A DNA stretch of 40,001 nucleotides from positions 1 to 40,001 of the forward strand of contig DAHXNT010000001.1 of the NCBI GenBank assembly GCA_027365215.1. Direction: 5' to 3'. This stretch comes from Candidatus Micrarchaeota archaeon. Its GTDB lineage: Archaea; Micrarchaeota; Micrarchaeia; Micrarchaeales; Micrarchaeaceae. The position numbers and the translations under genes are program-made. Below are positions 17,743 to 26,610 of the stretch, one piece after another. Within the stretch, counting starts at the first letter, position 1. Every line of letters begins with the position of its first letter. The notes under the pieces were generated by a model. That model did not search any database. It was given only the letters and a program-made list of their open reading frames with translations, and was not told where the DNA came from.

Positions 17743-18717
17743 TCACGATGCTGAGGTTGAAGTTGATATAGTGTTTATCTTCGGCTCCTTTATGCCGCTC
17801 ACGTTCCTGTCCCTGATCGATTTCCTTACCCTTACCATCCCTTTTGCAGGACCAGGCACTGAGCCCTTGATCAGTATATAGCTGTTCCTCACGTTGCCGT
17901 AGTTGGTGAACCCGGATTTCGGATTTATAGACGCCGCGTCTGTGGCAGCGCCAAGCCTGAGTATCCTCTTGTCCTGCTCTATCCTGTAGTTGAATCCCAT
18001 CTGTCCAGCCATCGGCACGGTAAAGTATACCCTGCCGGGCCTCATAGGGCCAAGGGATCCGACGTGCCTCCTCTTCTGCGAAACCTTCCTTCCCTGTATC
18101 TTGACGCCGTGGCGCTTGACTGCTCCCTGCCAGCCCTTTCCCTTGCTTATGGATGCGACGTCAACGTACTCGCCGGGCTTGAACACATCAGATACCGAAA
18201 ACTCCTTTCCGAGAGATGATGTCGCGGAGTTGAACTTCTCTTCTGATGTAGAGCCTGCGACTGATGATTCGAACCTTATGATATGATGCTGGCCTGTGCT
18301 CGCGCCCTTGGGCTCCGCTGCTAGAAGGAGCTTTACATCGGAAAACTCAGAGATTTTCGATTTGATGTCTTCTGGTTTTGTCGCGGATTTCTTCGGTATC
18401 TTCAGCCTTTTCGTGACGGTGTCGTCGTATATTTCCGCTGCCGCCTTCTTGTATTTGGTCGACGGGTCTATCCTGTAAAGCCTTATGCCGTACGCCACCG
18501 TCTTTGGCATCTCCAGCACCGTGCACGGCGTGCTCACTTCCATGCCCTTTGACGGGCCGTCAGAGTCGTCGCTCATCATCACATGCAGCATACCTGCCTT
18601 GAACGTGACTATGTTGGCTGCAGGTCCCTCGGAAAGCTTCGGCTCGGACCTTAGCCTTGGTAGCCGCCTGGATGCTCTCCTATGCGGCCAGTATTGTAGT
18701 GATCCACGATGGGGCAT
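17743..18717 (-). CDS. rpl3: 50S ribosomal protein uL3
   Basis: 'MPHRGSLQYWPHRRA' N-terminus and 'SKGKGWQGAVKRHG'. Start moved to the ATG at 18717. A TATA-like 'tatatgtatttatt' lies just upstream. Confidence 0.9.
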   Translation of the reverse strand: MPHRGSLQYWPHRRASRRLPRLRSEPKLSEGPAANIVTFKAGMLHVMMSDDSDGPSKGMEVSTPCTVLEMPKTVAYGIRLYRIDPSTKYKKAAAEIYDDTVTKRLKIPKKSATKPEDIKSKISEFSDVKLLLAAEPKGASTGQHHIIRFESSVAGSTSEEKFNSATSSLGKEFSVSDVFKPGEYVDVASISKGKGWQGAVKRHGVKIQGRKVSQKRRHVGSLGPMRPGRVYFTVPMAGQMGFNYRIEQDKRILRLGAATDAASINPKSGFTNYGNVRNSYILIKGSVPGPAKGMVRVRKSIRDRNVSGIKEPKINTISTSTSAS

Positions 18718-18873
18718 AATAGCGCCAATAAATACATATAGCACAAATCGTCTCTGTAAAATCAGCAGTGTTTGCTGCTGTATGTGCCGATGTTATTTTT
18801 TTCTGTTGACTAATATTTTAATATGCTGTTAATTTAAATACATTCCCTCAGTTCCCCTATTATCAAGGTAAAG

Positions 18874-19146
18874 TCATATTTTCGAAGATGCCTCCGCAAC
18901 CTGCAGATCCCTCAGGACTGAGTTGACCGAAGCGCGCAGCGCCGTCGCATCCAGCGCCCTTATTTCTATGGTTGTCCCGGCCGCGGTGCGCGTTATGGAT
19001 ATCACGCTTCTCTTGTACTTTCCGCCATGCAGCACCGTTCCATATCTTGCAGAGCCGGATTCCGGCAGCGCTATGCTGCACGTGTACCCTTCATTCCTCT
19101 GAATCTTCGGCTTCGGTCGTGATGCTTTTGCTGCCATCTCCAACAC
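18874..19146 (-). CDS. pcc1: KEOPS complex subunit Pcc1
   Basis: 'TIEIRALDATALRASVNSVLRDLQVAE' matches the Pcc1/CTAG C-terminal helix signature. 87-90 aa. The 5' end overlaps the upstream ORF by 47-56 nt. Confidence 0.65.
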   Translation of the reverse strand: MLEMAAKASRPKPKIQRNEGYTCSIALPESGSARYGTVLHGGKYKRSVISITRTAAGTTIEIRALDATALRASVNSVLRDLQVAEASSKI

Positions 19147-19441
19147 CGGACTTGTTTTTTATTGTTATGCTGCGTCCAGACTTGCTTAACGTGTATGATG
19201 AAGCCGTTGCGTATCTATTGGCGGCGTCATATGTGGTTATCAGACGCGCGTACATCGGCCCTTTTCCTGATCTGCCGAGTATTATTATTTTCTTGAAGCC
19301 CTTAGACCTTGCGTCAGTTATTACCTTGGTGAGGGGCTTCACACCCCTTCCAACAACGGCGCTGTGAGAAAAGAGCTTCCCTACAATAGAGCATGCGCCG
19401 AGCAGCTCTGGGCTGTTTCTCGAATGCGTTATGTATGGCAT
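19091..19441 (-). CDS. short Brix/Imp4-like domain protein
   Basis: 'ITHSRNSPELLGACSIVGKLFSHSAVVGRGVKPLTKVITDARSKGFKKIIIL' resembles the archaeal Brix N-terminal pattern (ITTSR.PS.R...F...L......RGK). Only 116 aa. Context next to pcc1 and rpl15e fits. Confidence 0.45.
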   Translation of the reverse strand: MPYITHSRNSPELLGACSIVGKLFSHSAVVGRGVKPLTKVITDARSKGFKKIIILGRSGKGPMYARLITTYDAANRYATASSYTLSKSGRSITIKNKSGVGDGSKSITTEAEDSEE

Positions 19442-19464
19442 GAGGCAGCGCCATCTACCTTGCC

Positions 19465-19992
19465 TTAACGGTGCTTGCGCCTTAGACCCCTGTACTTTGT
19501 GGCTGCGCTCGTGAGGCCCCTTGCGGCCCTACCGTTCTTGCTGGCTATCACAGAATATGATGGCGATTTAGACGCCGGCGAGCCTTTGGAGATCAGTATT
19601 ACCTCGTAATACTTGAATGATCCGGCGCTCCCGACAAAATATGAATTTATCACTTCAGAGTTTCCGAACTTCGTAGCTGCCCTGTTTTCCGCTATGGCCT
19701 TCATGGATATGTCTCGCGTGAACATCCTTCCGGCTTTGGAAGGCTTCCTGCCTCCACCCGGAGCTGCCCTTTTCTTCCTTCCTCCCTTAAGCCTGACTCT
19801 TACAACTATTATCCCTTGCTTTGCCTTGTATCCAAGTGACCTTGCCCTTGGGAGGTTTGACGGATGGTCGACTCTGATTATCGGACCCTGCGCGTTCCAG
19901 TTGGTTATCTTGTCCTTGTAGACCTGCGGCCTCTCTTTGTATTCGTTTATTAGGGTAGACCTTATCTGTCCGTACATGCTCATGAATATCAC
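19465..19992 (-). CDS. rpl15e: 50S ribosomal protein eL15
   Basis: 'RARSLGYKAKQGIIVVRVRLKGGRKKR...GGRKP' and 'SYFVGSAGSFKYYEVILI'. The true start is probably Met4 or Met6 (19983/19977). Confidence 0.9.
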   Translation of the reverse strand: MIFMSMYGQIRSTLINEYKERPQVYKDKITNWNAQGPIIRVDHPSNLPRARSLGYKAKQGIIVVRVRLKGGRKKRAAPGGGRKPSKAGRMFTRDISMKAIAENRAATKFGNSEVINSYFVGSAGSFKYYEVILISKGSPASKSPSYSVIASKNGRAARGLTSAATKYRGLRRKHR

Positions 19993-20206
19993 TATATAGC
20001 GTTAAAAAGCATGTCCAATAAGGTACTTCATCATTATTATACTTTTCTGTATACTGGAAGTTGCGATTTTGTGGTTCCGTACGTTGGTAATATTGCAATC
20101 GGTCCTTTAGTAAGGTATATATATTAGAATATGTCCCAAGAAGATATTGGGGCTCAGGCCCTTCCACTCCATCTACTTATAAAATAAGATAAAAACAGGT
20201 ACTTCC

Positions 20207-21097
20207 ATGGCTAAAAATAAGGCAAAGTCCGTCACTGTTAAGAGGAATAAGGCACATCAGGTAAAAGCTGGTGTGAGAAGGGCAAATCCTACCAATAAAA
20301 GGATTGCACGCCGCACGGCAGATTCGAGAAATGTAAGGAATGCCAAAGGCACCATTAAAGGAAATGCTGACAGGCATGTAAATAAAGTACTAAAAAAGGC
20401 AGTCGGAGGTACGGCAATACACAGCAAGAACAGGGCAGAGAAGAACAAAACGTACTTTGGAAAGAGGGTGCAGTCAGCGGCGAAGCAGGTGAAGAGGACC
20501 GCAGACGCGACTTCCGTACAGCGCAAGAGGAAGGCAAAGATATCGGTAAACATCCCTTCGGTAGAAGACTCTAGGAAAGTGTTGAACATAATATCGTCCA
20601 ACTCAGTGGCTGTGAATTACATAACGAAGAACATAAGCAAGAGGGTGATGGAGGTGTTAAACCTTCTTGAAACTCCTACGAGCGACGAAGAGATCGCCCA
20701 GACCCTTGATATGAAGATAAACGCCGTTAGGCGGATACTGAACATCGCACAGGAGTATGGAATAACGAATTACTACGTTACCAAGAACACGAACGGCTGG
20801 CTCTCTTTCGCGTGGTACATAAACGCAAACAAGCTGCCGTACTTCCTTGATTACATAAATAGCAACAACAAGGTTAAGTCTGTGATAAACGACGAATGCA
20901 ACGATTATTTCGTATGCAAGACATGCTATGAGAAGGATAAGGTCGTTTTCACGTTTGATGCGGCGTTCGAGAACGGCTTTAAGTGTAATATTTGCAAGAG
21001 TGATTTCGTTAGGATGGATAGGGAAGAGGCCAGAAAACTGATCTATCCCGAAGCCGAAATCACAAAGAAGGAGGAAGCGTTGATGCCTGCTCCTTGA
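20207..21097 (+). CDS. tfe: transcription factor E (TFIIE-alpha homologue) with ~115-aa basic N-terminal extension
   Basis: Winged helix 'LETPTSDEEIAQTLDMKINAVRRILNIAQEYGITNYYVTKNTNGWLSFAW'. Zinc ribbon 'CKTC...FENGFKCNIC'. 296 aa, against ~170-180 aa remembered for archaeal TFE. Confidence 0.75.
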   Translation: MAKNKAKSVTVKRNKAHQVKAGVRRANPTNKRIARRTADSRNVRNAKGTIKGNADRHVNKVLKKAVGGTAIHSKNRAEKNKTYFGKRVQSAAKQVKRTADATSVQRKRKAKISVNIPSVEDSRKVLNIISSNSVAVNYITKNISKRVMEVLNLLETPTSDEEIAQTLDMKINAVRRILNIAQEYGITNYYVTKNTNGWLSFAWYINANKLPYFLDYINSNNKVKSVINDECNDYFVCKTCYEKDKVVFTFDAAFENGFKCNICKSDFVRMDREEARKLIYPEAEITKKEEALMPAP

Positions 21098-21161
21098 GAA
21101 TGTATTATATAATTTCTTTTTTTATTAGATTTACGTTTAACTACTTATTCGTACGAGACAG

Positions 21162-21236
21162 AGCGAGGTAGGGTAGTCTGGAGTGCCCGTCGGGCTCATA
21201 ACCCGAAGACCGGTGGTTCAAATCCACCCCTCGCTA
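21162..21236 (+). tRNA. initiator tRNA-Met (anticodon CAU)
   Basis: AGCGAGG TA GGGT AGTCTGGAGT GCCC G TCGGG CTCATAA CCCGA AGACC GGTGG TTCAAAT CCACC CCTCGCT A. The A1:U72 pair and three G:C pairs at 29-31:39-41 mark an archaeal initiator. Confidence 0.85.
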
Positions 21237-21372
21237 AGAACTAGGTACACCCCACAATTCCACTATTCGGACTTCCCTTACTCTTATATAACATAAAAAA
21301 ATAAAACCAATTTATATATTTTAACACGAAATTCAATTTCAGCGATAGTATTAGCGGAACTCTGGGGTTCTA

Positions 21373-21870
21373 ATGGACAATAATATCAATTTTGATTATA
21401 TTTGGACCGTCTATCAAAAAGAAAAGCAGACTAACAAGCTTACGCTAGTACAGAAACAATTCTACTCGGACATAGAAGAATTCGTTAAGAATGCAGACAA
21501 GTCAACACTTGAAGGGCAGGCCGCGATATCGAACGCCATTCAAACGGTAAACCTGATAGTTGCGGCAAGGAAAAAGAAGATAATAATATACGCGGCGTAC
21601 TCGAAACCGTTACCACAGCCGATACCTGAGGAGGAAAGGAACTTCTACAACGATCTGTTAAGTGTAATAAAAAACTACGGAATCAAGAATCCAGATGGCA
21701 AACCTGAAGATGGCACTAGGAAGATGTTGAAAGTGCTGATATCAGTGCCTGAGATAACTCTTCCTTCCGGAAACCGAATAGGGCCTCTTGAAAAAGACCA
21801 GTTAGTAGAAATAGAAGACGAAGATGATATGAAATACCTCGAGAACAATAAGGTATGTGCCAGGCCCTGA
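21373..21870 (+). CDS. GINS subunit-like DNA replication protein (Gins51/Gins15 type)
   Basis: 165 aa. The N-terminal helical part has 'W..E....L..L...FY', 'ARKKKI' and 'EEERNFYNDL'. The C-terminal 'LKVLISVPEI.LPSG..IGPLEKDQLVEIEDEDDMKYLENNKV' resembles the GINS B-domain. Recognised by pattern only. Confidence 0.5.
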   Translation: MDNNINFDYIWTVYQKEKQTNKLTLVQKQFYSDIEEFVKNADKSTLEGQAAISNAIQTVNLIVAARKKKIIIYAAYSKPLPQPIPEEERNFYNDLLSVIKNYGIKNPDGKPEDGTRKMLKVLISVPEITLPSGNRIGPLEKDQLVEIEDEDDMKYLENNKVCARP

Positions 21871-21944
21871 CCACTCATGATAATAAACATTACGTTAAAA
21901 TAGATGGCGTTGAAGATTATAAGCTTTAAATCAAGGTAATCAGC

Positions 21945-22226
21945 ATGGAAGCACCAAAACAGATAAGAGTATACTGCCCGAAGTGCCGCAAGCACACGAT
22001 ACACCTATCATCCTTGTACACATCGAGGCCTGCCAGCGGGCTGTCAATAGGCACCAGAAGGGCCGTAAGGAAGAGAACCGGTTACCAAGGAAAGGTAAAG
22101 GGAAAGGCCACGGTAATAAAACTCGGGAAACGCCAGAAGCTAATGTTAAAATGCAGCGAATGCGGCTACATAGTGGAGAGGGTGTACGGCGGCAGGACCA
22201 AGAAGAAGCTGGAGATAGCCAGATAA
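21945..22226 (+). CDS. rpl44e: 50S ribosomal protein eL42 (L44e)
   Basis: 'CPKCRKHTIH...KLMLKCSECGY...GGRTKKKLE'. 93 aa. Confidence 0.9.
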   Translation: MEAPKQIRVYCPKCRKHTIHLSSLYTSRPASGLSIGTRRAVRKRTGYQGKVKGKATVIKLGKRQKLMLKCSECGYIVERVYGGRTKKKLEIAR

Positions 22227-22265
22227 TCGGCCCCGTTGCTTGAGCTCGCTATAATGTGATTTAAA

Positions 22266-23069
22266 ATGCAGGAAGAAGGAAGAAACCCAAAAGTCGGAGA
22301 ATTGCTCGTTGTAGAGATAGCAAAGATAACGAAGTTCGGCGCATACTGCCGCCTTGTCGAATACAACAACATCGAGGCCTTCATGCCGATAAAGGAGGTC
22401 TCCTCTGGCTGGATAAAGAACATACACGAGTTCATACACCAGGGGCAGAAGGTGGTGTGCAAGGTAATCTTCATAGATAAGTACAAGAACACAATAGACA
22501 TATCGCTTAAGAAGGTCACGCCGAAGGAATCCAAGGAGAGGATCGGCAGGTACAACATGGAGAACAGGCTGCACGGCCTGATCCAGCAGGCGATAAAAGT
22601 TGCCGGCCTGCAGTCCGAGAAGGATGCGATATTCGCCAAGATAGGCAGCGGATTCCCTTCATACGCCGAATTCGTCATCAGCGCCACCGAAAACGCGGAC
22701 AGCTATGCCTCGATAGACATACCTAAGAAGCTCAAGGAAGTGCTGATAGACACGATAAAGGCGAACATGAAGGAGAAGAAGCACGAGGTATCATACATAG
22801 CGACAATATCGACGCAAAACACGAAGAGCGGCATCGAGGACCTGAGGAAGCTGTTCACCAAAGTGACAAGCGAGGGTGTCGACGTGGGATACATAAGCGC
22901 ACCCAAATACAGGTTCCACGCGAGCGGGACCAGTTATGTGGAGGCCGAAGCGAAGATAAAGAAGGCTGTTGACACTATCAAGGAATTCTCCAAGGACATG
23001 ATATACCAAGTAGAAAAGGAAAAGATAAAAAGGGAAAAACAAGATACTCTTTATAACATCGGCATCTGA
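22266..23069 (+). CDS. eif2a: translation initiation factor aIF2 alpha subunit
   Basis: N-terminal S1 domain 'KVGELLVVEIAKITKFGAYCRLVEYNNIEAFMPIKEVSSGWIKNI'. 267 aa. Canonical position after L44e. Confidence 0.85.
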   Translation: MQEEGRNPKVGELLVVEIAKITKFGAYCRLVEYNNIEAFMPIKEVSSGWIKNIHEFIHQGQKVVCKVIFIDKYKNTIDISLKKVTPKESKERIGRYNMENRLHGLIQQAIKVAGLQSEKDAIFAKIGSGFPSYAEFVISATENADSYASIDIPKKLKEVLIDTIKANMKEKKHEVSYIATISTQNTKSGIEDLRKLFTKVTSEGVDVGYISAPKYRFHASGTSYVEAEAKIKKAVDTIKEFSKDMIYQVEKEKIKREKQDTLYNIGI

Positions 23070-23094
23070 AAGCTGCCGATTCCGGGCGCGCAGA

Positions 23095-23880
23095 ATGCTA
23101 GCATCAAGTACTATACACACAAGAAAGAATTTCAGGCTCAACGATCCCATAATGATCGTCGGGCTTCCTGGCCTTGGCAGCGTCGGCAGGCTCGTTGCGA
23201 AGCACATGATAAAGGAGCTCAAAGCCAAGAGGTTTGCCACCCTTACGTCAACATACTTCCCTCACAACGTTGTCATGCTGAAGAACGGTACCGTAAGGCT
23301 GCTGAACAACAGGTTCTATCTGGCGCATACATCTAAGTCGATAGGCCACGACATCGTGATACTGACCGGCGACACGCAGGCGATAACCCAGAGGGGGCAG
23401 TACGCGGTAAACTACAAGATAGCTAGCTTCTTCAAGGAGCGCCTGAAGGGCTCATTCATATACACGATAGGCGGCTACGCCTCGCAGCACGAGTCGGCAA
23501 CCAGCAACGTGTACGCGAACGCCACAAGCAAGAGGATTGTAAAAGAGTTCTCGAATTCCAGAGCGATATTCGGGGAATCGCGCGGCACTATAGTGGGATC
23601 GGCGGGCATGCTGATAGCGTATGCGAAGAGCATGGGCATCGATGGCATATGCCTGATGGGCGAGACCGCGCTCAACATAGACCCGAACGCAGCCAAGAGT
23701 GTGATAAAAATACTGTCGAAGAGGCTTGGCCTCAAAATGGACACCTCGGACCTGGACAAGCTTGCCAACACCGTCAATACGCAGATAAAGGAGCTCGAGG
23801 AGAAGATGTTCTCGAACATACAAGGCATAGGGCAGCCCGGCCTGCCTGGAAGCGGAGAAAAACCATCATACATCAGGTAA
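23095..23880 (+). CDS. PAC2 (proteasome assembly chaperone 2)-family protein
   Basis: 'PIMIVGLPGLGSVGRLVAKHMI' N-terminal motif and a C-terminal coiled tail. In other archaea it sits in a conserved cluster with aIF2-alpha. Confidence 0.65.
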   Translation: MLASSTIHTRKNFRLNDPIMIVGLPGLGSVGRLVAKHMIKELKAKRFATLTSTYFPHNVVMLKNGTVRLLNNRFYLAHTSKSIGHDIVILTGDTQAITQRGQYAVNYKIASFFKERLKGSFIYTIGGYASQHESATSNVYANATSKRIVKEFSNSRAIFGESRGTIVGSAGMLIAYAKSMGIDGICLMGETALNIDPNAAKSVIKILSKRLGLKMDTSDLDKLANTVNTQIKELEEKMFSNIQGIGQPGLPGSGEKPSYIR

Positions 23881-23976
23881 GGTGTGCGGTGTTACGTACA
23901 AGACTAGGAAATTTTCCTATGGCAAATCCTATATATTTGAAAGTGCACATAGTTTCAGCAACGTACACGAGGGCGA

Positions 23977-24543
23977 ATGTTCATGGCAAAACAAATAGCA
24001 AACAGCAAAAACTACGATAATACACGCGAGGGCAAGCAGCAGACCGTCGACATACCTACCGAACTGAAGTTGTTCAAGGAGAAGGAACGCAACCTCATGG
24101 AGCGTGCCGAAGAAATTATAAATCTCAGGGAAAGCCTCACCCATGTCTCGGCACAGGCTGATGTGCAGGCGAAGGAATTGGGAGAGATAATTTACGTGAT
24201 CGACAAAGAGCTGCGAAGGGTTGACGCCTCTAAGAATATAGAGCACGATGAGAGTTTCGCCAGCGCATTGATCAATAATACGTTAAAATCGCTGTCCGCG
24301 AAGAAAGAAGTGAGCCTGTCTGTCAGGCTGTTCGTGCAGGCATTATGGAAATATGAAAATATCGCGAAAGAAAAGCATGACGATGAGGCACTGCACCCAT
24401 ACGGCAAGGTGGACGTAGTGGCAAGGATGCGGGTCTTAACCGACTTATTTAATAAGAAAGTCTTCCCATCCGATCAACTCCTACGCAAGACCATGCATGA
24501 GACCACAAACACGTCAGAAAAGGAATCAACAGGATCCAAGTAA
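23977..24543 (+). CDS. hypothetical coiled-coil protein
   Basis: 188-aa ORF preceded by TATA-like 'cctatatatttg' (~23930). No family recognised. Confidence 0.45.
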   Translation: MFMAKQIANSKNYDNTREGKQQTVDIPTELKLFKEKERNLMERAEEIINLRESLTHVSAQADVQAKELGEIIYVIDKELRRVDASKNIEHDESFASALINNTLKSLSAKKEVSLSVRLFVQALWKYENIAKEKHDDEALHPYGKVDVVARMRVLTDLFNKKVFPSDQLLRKTMHETTNTSEKESTGSK

Positions 24544-24562
24544 ACTTCCTAGTAAACGCAAA

Positions 24563-24635
24563 TGCGAGTGCCGGGATTTGAACCCGGGTCACGAGCTTGG
24601 GAAGCTCGCGTCCTACCAGGCTAGACTACACTCGC
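24563..24635 (-). tRNA. tRNA-Gly (anticodon CCC)
   Basis: Minus-sense GCGAGTG TA GTCT AGCCTGGTA GGAC G CGAGC TTCCCAA GCTCG TGAC CCGGG TTCAAAT CCCGG CACTCGC A. 73 nt. Confidence 0.85.
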
Positions 24636-24646
24636 GTAACCATATC

Positions 24647-25369
24647 CTATACGATAGCAATGTATAGAGCCATTCCTATCGCGCTGCCTATGACACTGCA
24701 GATGAAGTTGGAAGTGTACTTGTTGCCGTATCCTCTCTCTTCAAAATATCCGAAAACGGAATCCACTATCGTGCCGACGAGCCCTGCGAACGTGACTATA
24801 ACCGCTATTACCCCAGCTTCTGGACCATTGAACACCATCAGCGATCCAGTTCCAATAATCGAGCCGCCGTTGGCAGGAACAAGGAACACCGTCACGCCAA
24901 TGACAAAAGCGCCTATGAACCCCGCAATTATACCCAATGGCGTAACCGCGCCGGATCTGCCCCGCCTTACCTTTTTGAAGCTGAAAAGCTCTATGGGCCG
25001 CCCGCCGAGCACGCCTACCTCGCTGCTGAACTTGTCGGCAGTTACGCTTGCCACGCTCGATATGAAGCCCACAAGCATCACCAATACCAACGAATCAAGT
25101 CCAGAAAGCCTAGCTACAAGCACTCCGAGCGCGAATACTAGCGGCATCAGGCCGTTGGCTATGACGTTTTTAGGGCCTCGCGCCTCCTGGTATAGCCCCA
25201 TCCTCTTCTTCCTGCTCTTCTTCATGTATGTGACTGCGCCAGACACAAAGACAAAATACACCATCAACAGAAGGAAGAACGGGCCGAGATAGCCGCCTGC
25301 GATAAACATCATAATTCCCATAAGTATGGCAATTATCACCGCATTCCTGTTAAGTGTCATAAACTGCAT
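24647..25369 (-). CDS. DUF92/TMEM19-family integral membrane protein (TIGR00297-like)
   Basis: 240-aa polytopic ORF. 'RGPKNVIANG', 'SVTADKFSSEVGVL' and 'GAVTPLGIIAGFIGA' resemble the DUF92 signature blocks. Confidence 0.55.
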   Translation of the reverse strand: MQFMTLNRNAVIIAILMGIMMFIAGGYLGPFFLLLMVYFVFVSGAVTYMKKSRKKRMGLYQEARGPKNVIANGLMPLVFALGVLVARLSGLDSLVLVMLVGFISSVASVTADKFSSEVGVLGGRPIELFSFKKVRRGRSGAVTPLGIIAGFIGAFVIGVTVFLVPANGGSIIGTGSLMVFNGPEAGVIAVIVTFAGLVGTIVDSVFGYFEERGYGNKYTSNFICSVIGSAIGMALYIAIV

Positions 25370-25391
25370 ACTACCACAATTCAGCTAATCG

Positions 25392-25404
25392 GAAAGGTTT
25401 ATAA
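25392..25404 (+). promoter_or_regulatory. BRE/TATA-like element aaaggtttataaa
   Basis: Near-identical to the radA promoter element 180 nt downstream. The palindromic TATA core also lies 28-35 nt upstream of the minus-strand DUF92 start (25369). Confidence 0.45.
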
Positions 25405-25573
25405 ATGTATCAATCAAAAATACTACTAGCGAGTTCTCTACAATGAGGGTCGTGAAGAACTGGTCGCCTTGCCAGCGTGTAACCCACGCTGGCCTTATCC
25501 TATTAAACATAATCTCGCTGTAGACGTTATCCTCTCTTACTTGGCGCCCGGTGCGTTGTAAGGGTTATGTTTC

Positions 25574-25586
25574 AAAGGTTTATATA
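25574..25586 (+). promoter_or_regulatory. BRE/TATA element aaaggtttatata for radA
   Basis: Located ~45-55 nt upstream of the radA ATG (25631). Confidence 0.5.
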
Positions 25587-25630
25587 GTTTTACAACATTA
25601 TTCTACTGTTAATAATTTTAAAGTGTGTGG

Positions 25631-26581
25631 ATGGCCAAGGAAAAGGCTATAAGGGAGCTTGAGGACCTGCCAGGTGTCGGGGGCACCACCGCAGAGAAGA
25701 TGCGCGCTGCCGGAATAGACTCGCTGGAAAAGGTGGCGGTCGCCGCCCCGCACGAGCTATCAGAATTGGTCGGTATAAGCGTAGAAAGCGCGAAGAAGGC
25801 CATACAGGCGGCAAAGGAATCGACCACGCTAGAGTTCCACACGGGAAGCGAGATACTAGAAAAGAGGCTCAGCCTGGGCAAGATAACCACAGGATCGAAG
25901 GAACTTGACGCCCTGATAGGCGGCGGCGTCGAGGTGAATTCCATAACAGAGGTATACGGCAAGTTCGCAAGCGGCAAGTCGCAGCTCGCCATGCAGCTCT
26001 CCGTAGACGCGCAGCTTCCGAAGAAGGATGGCGGCCTTGAAGGGGCGGTGCTCTACATAGACACGGAAGGAACTTTCAGGCCCGAAAGGATAGAGTCTAT
26101 GGCAAAGGCCAAGGGCCTGGACCCTAACGTGGTGCTGAATAACATAGCGGTGGTGAGGGCCACGACCACCGAGCTGCAGATACTGACAGCAGAGAGGGCC
26201 GACAAGCTGATACAGGAAAGGAACGTCAAGCTGGTAGTCGTGGACTCGATGACGGCCCTGTTCAGGTCTGAGTTCATAGGCAGGGGCGCCCTCGGAGAAC
26301 GACAGCAGAAGCTCAATCAGCACGTGCACAGACTGCAGACACTGGCCGACAAGCACGACGTTGCCGTATTCATAACGAACCAGGTGATGGACAACCCTGG
26401 AATAATGTTCGGGGATCCGACAACACCGATAGGCGGGAATGTCCTGGCGCACGCAGCAACTACAAGGCTATACCTCAGGAAGAGCAAGGAGAGCAAGAGG
26501 ATAGTCAGGCTGGTAGACTCGCCGAACCTCCCTGAGGGCGAATGCGTCATAAGGATAACCCCTGACGGGATAACCGACTGA
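25631..26581 (+). CDS. radA: DNA repair and recombination protein RadA
   Basis: HhH 'LEDLPGVGGTTAEKMRAAGI', Walker A 'GKFASGKSQ' and Walker B 'LVVVDSMTALFR'. ATG at 25631; the track starts at the GTG at 25625. Confidence 0.95.
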   Translation: MAKEKAIRELEDLPGVGGTTAEKMRAAGIDSLEKVAVAAPHELSELVGISVESAKKAIQAAKESTTLEFHTGSEILEKRLSLGKITTGSKELDALIGGGVEVNSITEVYGKFASGKSQLAMQLSVDAQLPKKDGGLEGAVLYIDTEGTFRPERIESMAKAKGLDPNVVLNNIAVVRATTTELQILTAERADKLIQERNVKLVVVDSMTALFRSEFIGRGALGERQQKLNQHVHRLQTLADKHDVAVFITNQVMDNPGIMFGDPTTPIGGNVLAHAATTRLYLRKSKESKRIVRLVDSPNLPEGECVIRITPDGITD

Positions 26582-26610
26582 TTTTTATCCAATTCTTGGA
26601 AGGCAATTCC

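Noticed and set aside
19787-20167. 126-aa minus-strand ORF spanning the eL15 5' end and the eL15/TFE intergenic region
   Set aside because: It overlaps the eL15 CDS out of frame and reads through TATA-rich divergent promoter sequence.
24597-25292. 231-aa plus-strand ORF overlapping tRNA-Gly and the DUF92 membrane gene
   Set aside because: It starts inside a tRNA gene and is antisense to a coherent polytopic membrane protein. It is a Pro/Thr/Ser-rich shadow frame.
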